Part shown: positions 50,511-63,556 of the stretch, piece after piece | Layout of the letters: every line of letters begins with the position of its first letter | How positions within the stretch are numbered: the first letter of the stretch is position 1 | Assembly (NCBI RefSeq): GCF_964355755.1 | Contig: NC_092672.1 | Span: forward strand, 4,588,001-4,652,000 | Direction: 5' to 3' | DNA from: Antedon mediterranea | Taxonomy: Eukaryota > Animalia > Echinodermata | Length of the DNA stretch: 64,000 nucleotides | Position numbers and translations under genes: made by a program | Notes under the pieces: generated by a model | What the model was told of the DNA's origin: nothing | The model's input: the letters and a program-made list of their open reading frames with translations, nothing else | Databases searched by the model: none

Positions 50511-52180
50511 ACTAGAAATGGTGTGTTTTAAAATGCCTGTGAGAGGTTGCCCACTGGAGGCTTTTGGTACATTTTGATTTATGTTTTTTTCTAGGAGAGA
50601 GCAAAAGGCCTATTTTGGTTTATCCGGGTAAGTCATAAGCACAAAATAGACTGTCATTATTATTACAGTAGGTACGTTTAAGGACCTCTTTTCTTAGATG
50701 CTTATGAATATTCAATATTCAACAACAATGATATAATAGTTACTGTAATATTAGAATGTGGTAAAAGAAACAGACTTTACATATAGTCAGACTAAATCAA
50801 TGATTAAATTGGTCTGATGTTGTTACAGCTAGACATTGATCTATTATCACCTATGGGTTTCTATGACAAAAGCATTAATGTACATGAGCACTTAGTAATT
50901 TAAAAAATGGTTTTTTGATCAGTTCACATGAACTTGTGTCCTTGTTATCATACATCATCTGACAAGCCCAGTCGGCTTATTGTGAGAAAAAATTATGAAG
51001 AAAATGCTTTACCAATGGCATCTTAGTATTATTTCTTTTGATTTGTCATCGTTACCCAAGTGACCCAGGAATAAGCCCACCTGGGCTTAAATCACCAATA
51101 TCATTACATTGCAAACTATATAACATATTTATTATATTACATATGATTGATTTTATTTGGAAAAGTAGTTTAATTACAGTATCGACAGATGCAAAAAAGA
51201 ACATAAAAATAAATGTAAGGATTTCAATTTGACAATCAAACAAACCAGCGCCTTTAAATTTCCTTTAATCCAAAAAAAACAAATCATAAAATTTCATTTA
51301 AATTGCGTTTAATGATGAAAAAACAAATCATAAAATGTTCACAGAAACGACAACATCTTTTATATAAATAGAAAGCAATTAGAAATAGATATCATGCGGA
51401 AAATATATTAATGATATATTTATGTTACATTTAGTTTGGTCGTAAATAAATCTGTAAAAACTGATCAATGCTTCAACAACAACGCGATTCCATTTCAACT
51501 TGATTTGTGCGTACATAAATTTATCCAAATCGTTGACAGCTTATAGATGCTTATGACGTGGGAACGGCTTCTTAGGTCGCATGTCAGATCTAAGGTTCTT
51601 AAAATGGACGTGAGAATTCCACTTCATCCTATCGTCAGAAATACATTACTGTCAATTCTCCCAATACCGGATCCCCTTGGACCTATACTACTGTATGTCT
51701 GGTTTTCCAGATAAACTCTGGTATTTTGGAAAAATGGCATCCTTTTGGACCTCAAGAAAAGTCTGATTCTGGGAGAGTTTCCAGTTTTCAGAGTGTGGCT
51801 GTATTTGCTATGGCAATGGCGACCATGAGATGAGAATTTGATGACAATATGTATAAATGGAAAGTTAGTCACAAGAAATAAAATATCTTCAGTAGTATAA
51901 AAACAACATAAATGCAAATCGAAAGTGTGCATCATTAGTTACAGACAAAACATAACAAACTCAATATTCATATCAAAATTTTAGTTTTAATGCCAATATT
52001 TATTTTATTTATTTTAAAAAATGAAACAAAAGAAAAAAAAAGGAAAAGAAAGATTTAAACCATCTTTCCCTTTCAGTTTGTTCCAGTAAAAGAATAACAA
52101 TATAAAAGAGAAATGATGTAATGAAATGATGCAAAATAGCTTCACAATTAGAATAAAGTAATACTCAGTTCCTCCCTCAA

Positions 52181-52530
52181 AGATGTATTGTCCCCCAAAA
52201 ACATAAAAAATTAATTAAGATTAATTAAATCAGACTTTGTATAGGTTATTTTGTAGTTTTAATAAAGTGAATCACTTCAGTAGAAAAAAAAACGGAAAAA
52301 AATAATGTTTTCACCTATAAAATAACATAATAAATAGTTAAATTCAACCAAAAATCCACTGGCTGGCAGCCAATTTGACCATTTTTTGCTTTAAATTCCA
52401 TTTTTTTTAGGTAAATGAATTTTTTTTCCATCCAATTTTTTGTCGAAGTCAATAACTATTATGTGACATTAAAATGCCAAATTCAACAAAAAAAATTTAA
52501 AAAAATTATTTTTCAGGGGACAATACATCT
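52181..52530. mobile_element. Kolobok-type MITE (family K2)
   Basis: tcaa AGATGTATTGTCCCC...GGGGACAATACATCT ttaa; related copy at ~61965-62280. Confidence 0.75.
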
Positions 52531-54304
52531 TTAACTTTTATTTACTATTAAATTTATTAATCCAAATATCGTCACCATAATACACAAAGCAATAAACGGC
52601 TAATTTTTTTATTTTCAGTTATTAATGGTAACACTAACAGGTAAAATTATTCCAGAAAATGTAATATTTAAAACAAGAATAATGTTATAAATACTTTGTC
52701 GGTTGACTCAGGTGTCCTTCATTAGGGGTAAAACCAGCCAACAAAATCAATAACAGTACATTGTGTACTAATACTACACACAATAGATTGTATATAGATG
52801 CATTATTGAATAGCACCTAAATGACGCTTATTCAAATAGAACAGTCCAACCCAGTATTTATATGTAAAATCAATAGAAGTTAAAGTCTAATTATTAAATT
52901 ATTTTTATTGTTCTTCAGTATCAATTATTGTACTTATTTTTCAGTTGTTTCAGGTGAAAAAATGGTAAATTGTTACCATATTTGGAATAGAATTAGCAAA
53001 AAAGAATTATCATATTAGTCAGTACTCATAAATCGTCGTCATATTTTTATGTATAATTATTTGTGATTTTTACTTACTTTTCAGTGGTCCCTAGTTTTTA
53101 AGGAACGGTCTCTTGTTTAGGGACCACCATTGTTGAGATATTTTGATTTATTATTTATAATTTATTATTAAGTAACAGAAACTGTTTGTTCGTGTTTACG
53201 ATACACTAAGTAGACTATTCGCTGTTGAATAAAGAAATTCATTCTGCACTTGCTCATATATTTCTTTTTCACTCTGCATAATCGTGTGGCGCAACAGGAA
53301 AACAAAAGACCTCTATATGGTAACCATTTTAAAAAAGAGGCCCTCAATCTGTATCAGTGTATTTTTTAAAAAGTGTGATTGTTTTTGCCTAGCTATACCA
53401 TGTCTACCTATCTGAAATATTCTTACTGTATTCAATTTAATAGTAATAAATGACATCTAAAGTTTGTTATTCAAAATGATTTAGTAAAAATCAAAATAAA
53501 CATTACCTTCATATTGGCTCAGTGGGCACTTCCACAATTATATATATTTTTTATTACAATAGTTTTTTCAATATACTTTATGAACACCTATCTTCTACAA
53601 TTAAAACTGGCAAACTAAATAATACAGTCAATTCTAAGCCTAATAATTTGGTAAAAAAAAATTGGATAGTAGGTTTCGGATTATACAGATAAATTATCAC
53701 TTGCGATATCATACAATGCAGATAGAGGTAGAATGACGTTGAATAATGGCAAGTGAATTGATTTTGGATTAGTGGGGTTTAATGGGTGTCACCCCAGCCG
53801 TTCACTGACGCATCACTACCAACCCTGTTATGAGCATCGGTGGGAACGACAGATAAGCAGAAATGTTACAAATTGAGATAGCGTCATCGTCGTATTGTAA
53901 ATCATTTTTTTGGGGTTTTGATAATTTCATTCTTTCTTTCTTTCTCTTATTTGTAGTTTGTCACCACTTTTATTCATTCATCGTTTTTATACTTTTAATT
54001 ATTGTCATTTTCTACCATTTTTTTTCAATTTTCTGTTTCTTTTTTATCACTCTTTCATAATTAAATTTTTAGATGAGTTATTTTTATGTAACTTTTGACC
54101 TAAACAATTTATGAAACAATTTTTTATTTTTGAGAAATGTTCAATCGAGTTAAACCAAACCAGATTGGGTAAACATTTTTAATAGATTCTGGACTTGTAA
54201 TGCATGTATATGAATGTAAACAAGAATATACCTAAACCCTAACCCTTTTTACATACTATTTAAGCAATTATATGCATTTGAAATAGCCTCAATTAACAAA
54301 CTCT

Positions 54305-54479
54305 CAGGGAATAATTTCGCCAGTGTAGCATAGCAAAAAGCTATACAAAACAACAATATTGCTACACATTTCTAAAATTGTGTAGCAAAAAATACAATAC
54401 AAAACTATGTTTCTTGACTCAAAAATCAGTTTGATTAGCAATTTTGCTAAACAAAATTACAAAATGAAATTTTTCCCTG
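54305..54479. mobile_element. 175-bp MITE with CAG termini and 5-bp TSD (hAT5-like)
   Basis: ACTCT CAGGGAATAATTTC...GAAATTTTTCCCTG ACTCT; internal TAGCA repeats on both strands. Confidence 0.7.
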
Positions 54480-55764
54480 ACTCTACATTTCATAAACATT
54501 TTGTGAACCTCCATTGTTTTTATTTATCTCTTGTCCTAATTAAATAATGTACGCATTAATTTTATAGTATTACAAGGTTTCTTCTTTCCTTTTTTTGCTA
54601 TTAACTATTAACTCTTTGCGAGAGAGTTCCTCTGCTTTAATGGCGAAAACCAATAAATAAAATAATTAGAATGAGAGGTGGAAGTTTTAAGACGATAAAC
54701 ATGAAAAAAAAAACCATCTGACTGCCTAGTAAGCAACATTCACTAATAGATGATAATAAATGTAATTTTGTAGCCTATCTGCTGAAATTGATTTAATAAA
54801 AACCTTTAATTCGATACTAATCAATTCAATTTAAATAACAAAACTATAGAGGGCATAGTCTTTGAAAGAATGTAAAGTTGTTGTGCATAGAGGGCAGCAA
54901 ATAATATAAAGATTATAATGTGTTAAATTTATTGTATACTTTATCGTAGTTGACATTTTTGTATGGTGCAACTACTTTAGAAATGAAAAGTCAACAAATA
55001 AAATTATTCAAATGGGTACTATTTTCATCCAATGGCTATATCTGTTATCTGTTTTAAACAAAGGTCACTTCTAGGATTAAGTCATGTCCTTTTGGTCTCT
55101 CAGTAATCAGCATATTTGAAAACTAAATACTAGAATATTTAGAATATTATTGGGACATACCAAGACAAACTTGATAGCTAATAAATATGTTTTTGTAAAT
55201 CTAACAGATAATTGGCGTCATAAAAATTGCAAGCGTGTAAAGAATTGGGATTTATCAAGATTGGTCACGATCATACTTGACGACTCGTAAATTTGACATA
55301 ATTATGCTATAATATGCCGACAGTTTGCAAAGGAATGTAGTTAAAAGGCAAACCACTCATCTCAAGAAATCGGAGGCCATTTAAAAACTGATTTGGATTC
55401 AGAGCTTTTAGTATTGTAAATGCAAAATTGCTTCTTTTAAATATGAAACAAATGTATGTGCATTCGGAATGAAAAACTACGCTTAGTTTAATTTCTAGTA
55501 TTTGATTTTGTAGTTAAAGTTATTTCTTTTTTCTTTTTTTAGCTGGATTGTAGTTACAACATAATATAATTACTTTTTAAATTATAAAAATGTACTTCAT
55601 ATTAAACTGAAATGATGACTGAATATTACTCAATCTTTTTCTTTATTGAACCTATAAACTTAGAGTCATGTTGTATAAAAATAAAAGATATGATGGTAGA
55701 AGTTATAGGAAAATGTTAAAAACATAATTAAACTACAGATGACAAATCACAAGCAAGTACAAGT

Positions 55765-56077
55765 GTAAAAAAAAATGTGATACAGTATGCCCATATATGG
55801 ACATGATGATCTCATTATCACTACCATATTTGGGCATATAACTACCATATTTGGGCATATATCACAAACATACAGTATTTGGGCATATCACTACCATATT
55901 TGGGCATATCACTACCATATTTGGGCATATCACAAACATATTTGGGCCTTTGAATATTATTATTATTATTGAACATTATTTTTATGGATACCGGCACTAG
56001 TATATAAGTCTGATTGATTGATTGATTGATTAATCATACTTTTTTTGTCAAACTAGTTTGATAGTGTAGACAGAGCT
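55765..56077. mobile_element. Harbinger MITE family A with a nested (ATTG)n-tailed fragment
   Basis: About six to seven 20-bp units, a foreign segment at ~55948-56032 ending tgattgattgattg, then aaactagtttgatagtgtagacagagct tta. Confidence 0.75.
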
Positions 56078-56099
56078 TTAGAAAGATCGTGTACATCAA

Positions 56100-56415
56100 T
56101 GCGTCGAGTGACCGAGCAGTAAAGGCAAATCATATACAATACAATCCAAGCATTTTCAAGTTTTTACTCAGACATTGGTCTTGCAGGTAGAACAAGGCTT
56201 CTTGGAAAATTAAGGACCCATTTGGCTTGTGTGCACTTTAAAGAACCTAGTGCATCTTTCGAAAGAGTAGGGGTTACCCCGGTGTACTGGTCTGCCAGCG
56301 TCCTTTTGTTCATCTGGTAGGCGCTTGCACTGTTTGCAGCCGTGGTTCTGTAGAGGGCCTAATCCGAATTATCTCAGTCTACTGATGTTGCGTTGAGGAC
56401 ACTATTTACATTTAC
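56100..56415 (+). mobile_element. tRNA-derived Deu/Nin-domain SINE
   Basis: Head gtgaccgagcagtaaaggc; cactttaaagaacctagtgcatctttcgaaagagtaggggttaccccggtgtactgg resembles the recalled Deu/Nin consensus; tttaca tail. Confidence 0.72.
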
Positions 56416-56818
56416 ATAATGTTTGTGAGCAAACATATTTTAATGTTTACTTGTTGCAATTGGGAAAATTCTTTTGATCCTTTCATATTGCAATGAATCA
56501 AGCATTCCACTGATTGGCTAATGCTGTGGATTCCTTGATTGTGACGCTCATCTGAGTTTGAAGTGAGCCCTCTATTATTTAAAAACTTCCATTGATGAAC
56601 AATTAAACCTGATTATTTTAATTTGGTTTTATTTAATGTATTGCTCTTAATCTGAACACAAAATACAAATACATTATATAAACAAAATAAATACAATCTG
56701 TATTAAGTAAGAGGATAACTCTATAAGCTCAAAAGTTTGTTTCCATAGGGGTCTGTCTGTCTGTCCTCTAATTAGAAGAATAAAACAACAAAGCATGGAA
56801 TAATAAATAAAGACTTAC

Positions 56819-56965
56819 TGTTTTTCCATTACTTCTTTGCAATTCCCTAGCTTTCTCCTCAAGTCGTTTAGCAATGGAAGCCAGTTCTGTATTGCGTTTC
56901 TTTAACTTGACTACTTTCTCTTCTAATGGTTTGTGTAAAGTCTCCATTTTTTCATTCTTGATTGT
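56819..56965 (-). CDS. RIMBP2: RIM-BP exon (TIKNEKMETLHKPLEEKVVKLKKRNTELASIAKRLEEKARELQRSNGKT)
   Basis: tgtttttctttccag acceptor, GTAAGT donor, 147 nt phase 0-0; matches recalled TSPOAP1 EEKVRRLKRKNAELAVIAKRLEERARKLQE. Confidence 0.93.
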
Positions 56966-57039
56966 CTGGAAAGAAAAACAAAACATTTATTTTGTTAATT
57001 TAAGATGCAAGAAGAAACTGGGAAAATCAATGTGCTTAT

Positions 57040-57127
57040 TGTCACTAGACCACACTTTATATCACTGGATGGTGAGGCAACAAGATTTTTGTTTTGTCAC
57101 ATAATAGTTTGATAGTGTAGACAGAGC
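57040..57127. mobile_element. Harbinger MITE family A, partial
   Basis: ttttgtcacataatagtttgatagtgtagacagagct tta. Confidence 0.65.
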
Positions 57128-58489
57128 TTTAGAACAACCAAGACAAATTTCAAACATAACCTATGCTGTTTACCAATTCAAACCCCTGTTCACACTTGCT
57201 ATTTTTAAGAAATAACTTTTGAATGTACAGTATGTTGAAATTTATGGTAATATTTTGTACGTTTGCAACCTTTTTAATTAAATCTATACCCCTCCCAGCA
57301 GTAGGGGTATAGTGTAGTTTAAAATATACCATGTCTTCAATTAGATGCTGGTATTGTACAGTATAAACTGCAATGAAATAATTATTTTATAACAGATAGA
57401 GGTACAGTAAACAAATCTCTATCTCCACAGGGAGCAACACAAGGCACACAATGAATATTAGAAACACATTTTTTTTATTGTTTAGACAGAACTTATATGA
57501 TATTAAATTTTACCCATGGGACATCATTAGGATTTCCACTAAGATTAGATTTGATTTTGAAAAATAAGAATTAAAATGATACACACATAGGAATATCTTG
57601 GGATTATATTAAATATATGTAGTGAGTTTAGTTTGAAAGATAAAATCTACAATATGCAGTACAGTACTAACTAGTGAGTATGATTTGGAAAAATAATGGC
57701 AGCATATTACATTGTTGAGGCATAAATTCCATCACTGATATTAAGTCGAGTTAAATAATTAAAAATAATTATCTAAACATCTTGATAAATCTAATGGCAA
57801 TCATCACAAAATATTGAATGACATCAGTTTAAATCTTAAAAAATTACTATTATATAGCATCTAATACATTAAAACAATTCCTATAATATATTCAGTAAAG
57901 AAATACATTTAATAATAATATTATTTTCTTTTACATTTTTGTGCGTAAAAACATTGATTAAATGAAAGAACAGTATTTATTGAGTGTACCATTTGTTGTA
58001 AATGGTACTGTACTTGACGATAACATTTAAACAATTGCTCAATTTTGTTCATACTGTATCTTGTGAAACTATGCCGCAATGTGAATTAATAGTGAAAACA
58101 GAAATATTCAGAAATTGTAGAATATCGATATAAAGTATTAAAAAATATATGGAATTTATTTTTTTAAAAGAATACTGAGACTGAGAGAAAACAAAAAAAC
58201 AAAATCTATCTGTATACCATTACTTTTATTTGAAGTAATTAGTATTAATTTTAATTTTCAAAATTTGTGACTATTGAATTTTAAGAAAGAATTTTCAGTT
58301 TATGTAATATGGTATTATGAAAATATTAACATTAGTAATGTGTCCTGTATGAACCAAATATAAGATGAAATTAAATATCAGAATTGGAACAACTATGTAG
58401 AATTATTTTGCATGATAATTCTGTAATTAGATATGGTTGAAATACATTTTTACGATCTGTTTGCAATGTGAAACTGAAAAAGCAATGTA

Positions 58490-59327
58490 CCGTATATTTC
58501 GGTGTATAAGTCGCACTTTTGACACGCAAATTTGACCTCTAAATTAAGGGTGCGTCTTATACACCGAACATAAATGCCTCACCACACAAATTGTACATAG
58601 GCCTAGGCTATCGTCACCTCGTTTGCTAGGCCTGAGTAGGCTAGGCCTAGCTACAGTGTACTAACGTAACGGCAACCTGCTTCTGCCTAGTTTTCAAGGC
58701 ATTTTAGCGTGATGTTATACTAAATATGATGAAAAGATTTGTTTATTATGGAGCTGTTTTAGGCGCTCCGATAAAATTTCATTTGTAAACGTTTACGATT
58801 GGAATAGTATTTATTTATAGTTATACGCACGATCGCCGACCCCCCAGCGCAAGCCCTTCTTGGCGGCCACATGTTGTACGGTATTCGACTAGTATATTCT
58901 CCAGGTGATTATAGCATGGACCTAGCGTACACACTTCTCGGATACATAGATACTAATCGAATACGATTGTCCGTGAAAACGTGCGCCCTCTCGAAATGAT
59001 CGAGCGAGGCTAGCCCACACACGTGCGTGTTACACACACGGTCATGCACTCGATGTTGCGGTGAAACTCATGAATAACAAGTTAGAAAGAACTTGTTGAG
59101 GCTGGGCGCGGCCGAGCCTAGGTAAGAAAAAACCTAAATAAAGGACGCCGTTGTAGATATAACAAAATATATAATTACAATAATATTGATTACAATTTAA
59201 AAAAACATTGTTTTGATGAAATATAAGGTGCGTCTTATACATCGACGATATAAAAAATACCGATATTTTACTCTCAGTTGGGGGTGCGTCTTATACACAG
59301 GTGCGACTTATACACCGAAATATACGG
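58490..59327. mobile_element. Non-autonomous Tc1/mariner-superfamily (pogo-like) element, 838 bp
   Basis: TA CCGTATATTTCGGTGTATAAGTCGCAC...GTGCGACTTATACACCGAAATATACGG TA, perfect 27-bp TIR; subterminal ggtgcgtcttataca repeats. Confidence 0.9.
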
Positions 59328-59716
59328 TATATCATATCTTTATGATTTTCATATACCCCTGAGACAGGGAGAGACTTAGCTAATATCAAAAATCATTATT
59401 ATAGAATAATGGTAATAATTATTATCATATTGAGTCAATATTAATGTTGAAGAGTGTAATAATTACTTCTACTCCATGGTGAGATTATTGTTATAATCAT
59501 TTTTACTGTTAGAAAGCAATATGTAGCCGTACAGACAGTTCAAAGAAAGTGTAATCAATTAAAATTCCAATAATGATTGACAGAATTAGTCAAATGATGT
59601 GCCTTATACCCATTAACTCCTCTCCTCTGTCCTCCTAGTCTATTGTACCTGAAAATAATTCTTTAAAATACTATCAAATGAAGATTTCATCAATTTTAAA
59701 TATAAAATATAGATTT

Positions 59717-60116
59717 GGGCCTGTTTCTGCTGCATAAAAATAACCGGTTAAAATCAGTGTGAATAAAGTAACTCCATTTTCTTGGAAACAGAAACAAGAC
59801 AAATTTGTGGTAACTGGTTAAAAAGCAGCGCAAAATAACCGGTTTTAAAAAACACCCATTCAATTCAGTGTTTAGAACGTGTTTTTAACAGGTTATCGCT
59901 GGGCAACTTTTAGCTGCAACATGAAATAACGGTTATTTGATTGACAGCTGCTGACCCCGGGTCAACTACACGGCAGTAACGTTTGAATTAATTGCCACGA
60001 CCAATTGCATTTTAGGTAATTCTAACGATTGATTTAGAGCAGAAACGCTGTCTTGAATATTTTCAATCCATTTTAAAATAAACGGTTAATTTGCAGTATA
60101 CAGCAGAAACAGACCC
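59717..60116. mobile_element. Harbinger-like MITE (400 bp)
   Basis: GGGCCTGTTTCTGCTG...CAGCAGAAACAGACCC; internal taaccggtt repeats. Confidence 0.7.
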
Positions 60117-61151
60117 TTAAACGCTAAATTCCCTTTCAAGTTTAAAAGTAGGACCTCGGGACACCACTATTATTAATACAGTAATTACAAGGAGAATAAT
60201 GTTTATTTATTATTTTTTTCAACCAATGCCTCACAGGGAAGACACCTAGTTTAGTTGTAAAATTAAAGAAACACTATACATTTTATGAAACTACTATATT
60301 ATAATGCCTTTTGAATGATAAAAAAAATAGCAAAGTAACAGATGTTAACATAGATTAAAGGTCATATTTCAAAAGAATAATTCTCTCTCTTTCTATAATT
60401 AATAATACTGTATCTAATAGATTAAAGTAGACACTGAGTCATTATTTAGGCCTATATCAGTTTATCACTATCATTCCTATAGAAACAATATAGACAGGTA
60501 CATTATTTAGGCCTATAGACCAGTAGTAGTATCATACCGTAATTATATCTTATACAATTCCTATAGAAAGAATAGAGACAGGTACATTTAGGCCTACTGT
60601 ATATCATTAGTAGATATTAATTAAAATCAGTAATTACTATATATAAACAATTTCTATAGTAGAATGAAATAATACATCTATACATGTGTAACACATACTC
60701 GCTGAGTAATCTCAGATTATTATCATTGAAGGTGATGAAAACTGAATATGCATTGGAATTTAATATAGTAATATTCATTGCTCCTACATATCAAATCTCT
60801 CTGATATTGGCATAGATGCAGTAATCAGAGCCAAGTCATTTTTAATCAATTTGTATGAATAAAAGTAATAACCATATTGTGCTAATGTAGCAATAACAAC
60901 TTTTAAACATTCTTTTAATCATAAAGGACCTACATATTTTAACTCGTTAGACCTTTCTATTAGAAATTGCAATACCTTTTTAAATTTTAAAAGTAAATTA
61001 GAGAATTTTATGCTTAATAATGACACTTTTTAAATTTTTATCTTCCTGACCTTTTACTTTTTTGCCTTTCTATATATTCTTTATTCAATTTTAACTATTT
61101 TAATATATTTTACTTGCTATGTTTTATGTCGTATTGTTGAGGGACCCTTAA

Positions 61152-61777
61152 AGCCCCATTCCCTACGTTTTTTAGATCTAATTTAAGATCACAAACTATA
61201 TTTAATGTAAAAATAATACTATATGGTCCTATTGCGATAACTTTTTTCGTCTTTAAACTGTTAAAAATGTGAAAAATAAGTCGATTTTAATAATTATAGC
61301 GGCCCGCTATAAATCCCAAAATGCATTGCGCGCGGATTGATATTTTTCTTTTTCACCTGTAATTCGCCCACTTTTCGATCGATCGTGAGGCCAAAACAAA
61401 TGGAAGACTCCTAACTTTTCAGCGAAAATACCGTGTTTTCCCCAATTTGTATCAACAGAGTCTGGCAAAAATAGAAAGACAATTAATGCAGCAACTATAC
61501 AACGTCAGGCTAGGTATATAGCTCGCGTACGATGTTCGTACGTTACCGTTGTTTACCAGCTAGGCCTACAAAACTAAGCCTAGCTAGGCTAGGCCTAAGA
61601 CCGTCCACGAGAGGTCGATCGCCGCGAGCTACTTAGGTAGTGCATTATTTCTCACTTTTTATTATAATTTACCATAAAACGTACATTTAAGACAAGAAAT
61701 GACATGGTTTAATGTTTTTAAAGTGATATATATGTATTATTTTCCAAAAAACGTCCAAAATTGCAGGGAAGGGGTCT
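61152..61777. mobile_element. Kolobok-type MITE (family K1), inverted relative to the 12976 copy
   Basis: TTAA AGCCCCATTCCCTAC...GCAGGGAAGGGGTCT TTAA; body is the reverse complement of 12976-13660. Confidence 0.85.
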
Positions 61778-61964
61778 TTAAAATCAGCTTCTGCTGGCTG
61801 GGTCACCCTCGTGAAACATGGTTGAATAAATAAATAAATAAATAATAATTAAATTGCATTTTAGTTTTTTATTTATGTTTTATTGTTTTATTCTACAAAG
61901 TCACTAGTACTTTTTTGTTATATACAAAACCATTGACATTTTTAAGCCAAAGAATCTTTTATTT

Positions 61965-62280
61965 AAATATTGTCCCCAAAAACATGAAAAATTAAGATTA
62001 ATAAAAAAAACTTTGAAATACAACGCATTGCACAGTTCTATTATAAAGTTAATCACTTTCGTAGGAAAAAATTAAAAAAATTATGTTTTATAAAAAGACT
62101 AAGTAAACCCTTTGTCTTCCTGTCAATTTGACTATTGTTCAGATTACAGGTAATAAAGTATACTAATTTTTTTTTCCAATCCAATTTTTGGTCAAGTGAA
62201 TAACTATTATGTGACATTAAAATGGCATAATAAACCAAAATATTTTTACAAATTATTTTATCAGGAGGGGCAATATATCT
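61965..62280. mobile_element. Kolobok-type MITE (family K2), decayed
   Basis: tattgtccccaaaaacat...aataactattatgtgacattaaaatg...ggggcaatatatct TTAA. Confidence 0.7.
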
Positions 62281-63342
62281 TTAAGCATCCGTGTACAGCT
62301 AATACAGAATTTTATAAGTAAAACAATTATTATTAATAATTTACAAACCATATTAGATTATCAATAAACATATGGTAAAAATCTCACAAATTATCTATTT
62401 CCCTTTACACAACTTTAGCATTACTAAATTACAGACTAATTCATCTTCTTATAGCTTTAATCCTTGTAATGATAAGATATTAATAGCTCAGTATAGAAGT
62501 TTTTCAGACATTTGTACTAATGAAATAGGTTGATAGTTGATGGTCAACGTTATTTTTACTTACTGTACATACTCAAGTATTAACTGTCGTCCAAAATTAC
62601 GATCACTGTTTTATAGAGAGAAATTCAAGACAAGAGAAATTCAAGACAAGACAAATAGCTATTTTAATTTCATTTTTTATATTTTTAAAAAATGTATACG
62701 TACTTGAACATTTTGTAAAGAAAACAGTGAAATAAATTACACAAACTAGAAATGGTGTTGGTAGTCTATATCATGCCTAGCTTACCTGGATAAACCAACA
62801 TTAGCCTTTTCAAAAAACAGAAAGAAGAATTTTAGTGGAACACCCCCACCTATCAGTGGAACAGTCTGCTATTTGTATCTTCCAGACATCCCATATATCA
62901 CTGCCATCATAAATATTATTATTCATTCATTCATTCATTCCAATAAAAAAATTATTTCATAAAAAAATGTATTCATACAAAATTAATCTGTAAGAGTGGT
63001 TGGCTAAAATTTAACCAAAAAAATAAAGTTACTTTTTAAATCAGACAAAGAGAGAAAGTACCTAAGCAATATTAACTACAATATAACATGATCACACAAA
63101 CATTTGTCGGTACTGTAAATAACCATTGGGAATAAATCAAGTGTGGGAATAGTCATGTTAGAAATATTTTTATCTTAATAATACGAAAATATAATAAATC
63201 AATTGGCTGTTTAATGGCCAATAGCCATTGTGAATATAAATAATTTGATATAAATAACATGTAAGATCCTGATGGGTTCATGATGGGGACATAGAGCAAC
63301 ATTCTCTTTCCAGGTAGTATAATAAATTACATAGGTTAGTTA

Positions 63343-63556
63343 AGGCCAATTTACACAGACGAGCGGTAACGATAAGTGGAAAACCGCATGCTTGTCCCAC
63401 GTAGAATCCGTATTTATCCTAGGGAGTTTCCACTCAACTGCCCGTCCGCACCACGTTTTGTGTTAAATGATCATAAAAAATAAACAGAATTATATTTTAT
63501 ATTTTTGTTTTCAGCTTAGTGTTTACCGCTTGCAGCTCGTCTGTGTAAATTGGCTT
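63343..63556. mobile_element. Harbinger-type MITE (214 bp)
   Basis: TTA AGGCCAATTTACACAGACGAGC...GCTCGTCTGTGTAAATTGGCTT TTA. Confidence 0.82.

Noticed and set aside
51624-51935. 103-aa ORF
   Set aside because: No usable donor before the stop and no homology recognised
59610-59648. 39-nt purine-rich micro-exon upstream of the 56965 exon
   Set aside because: Good acceptor but a weak donor (GTATAA) and a stop in phase 0, incompatible with the next exon
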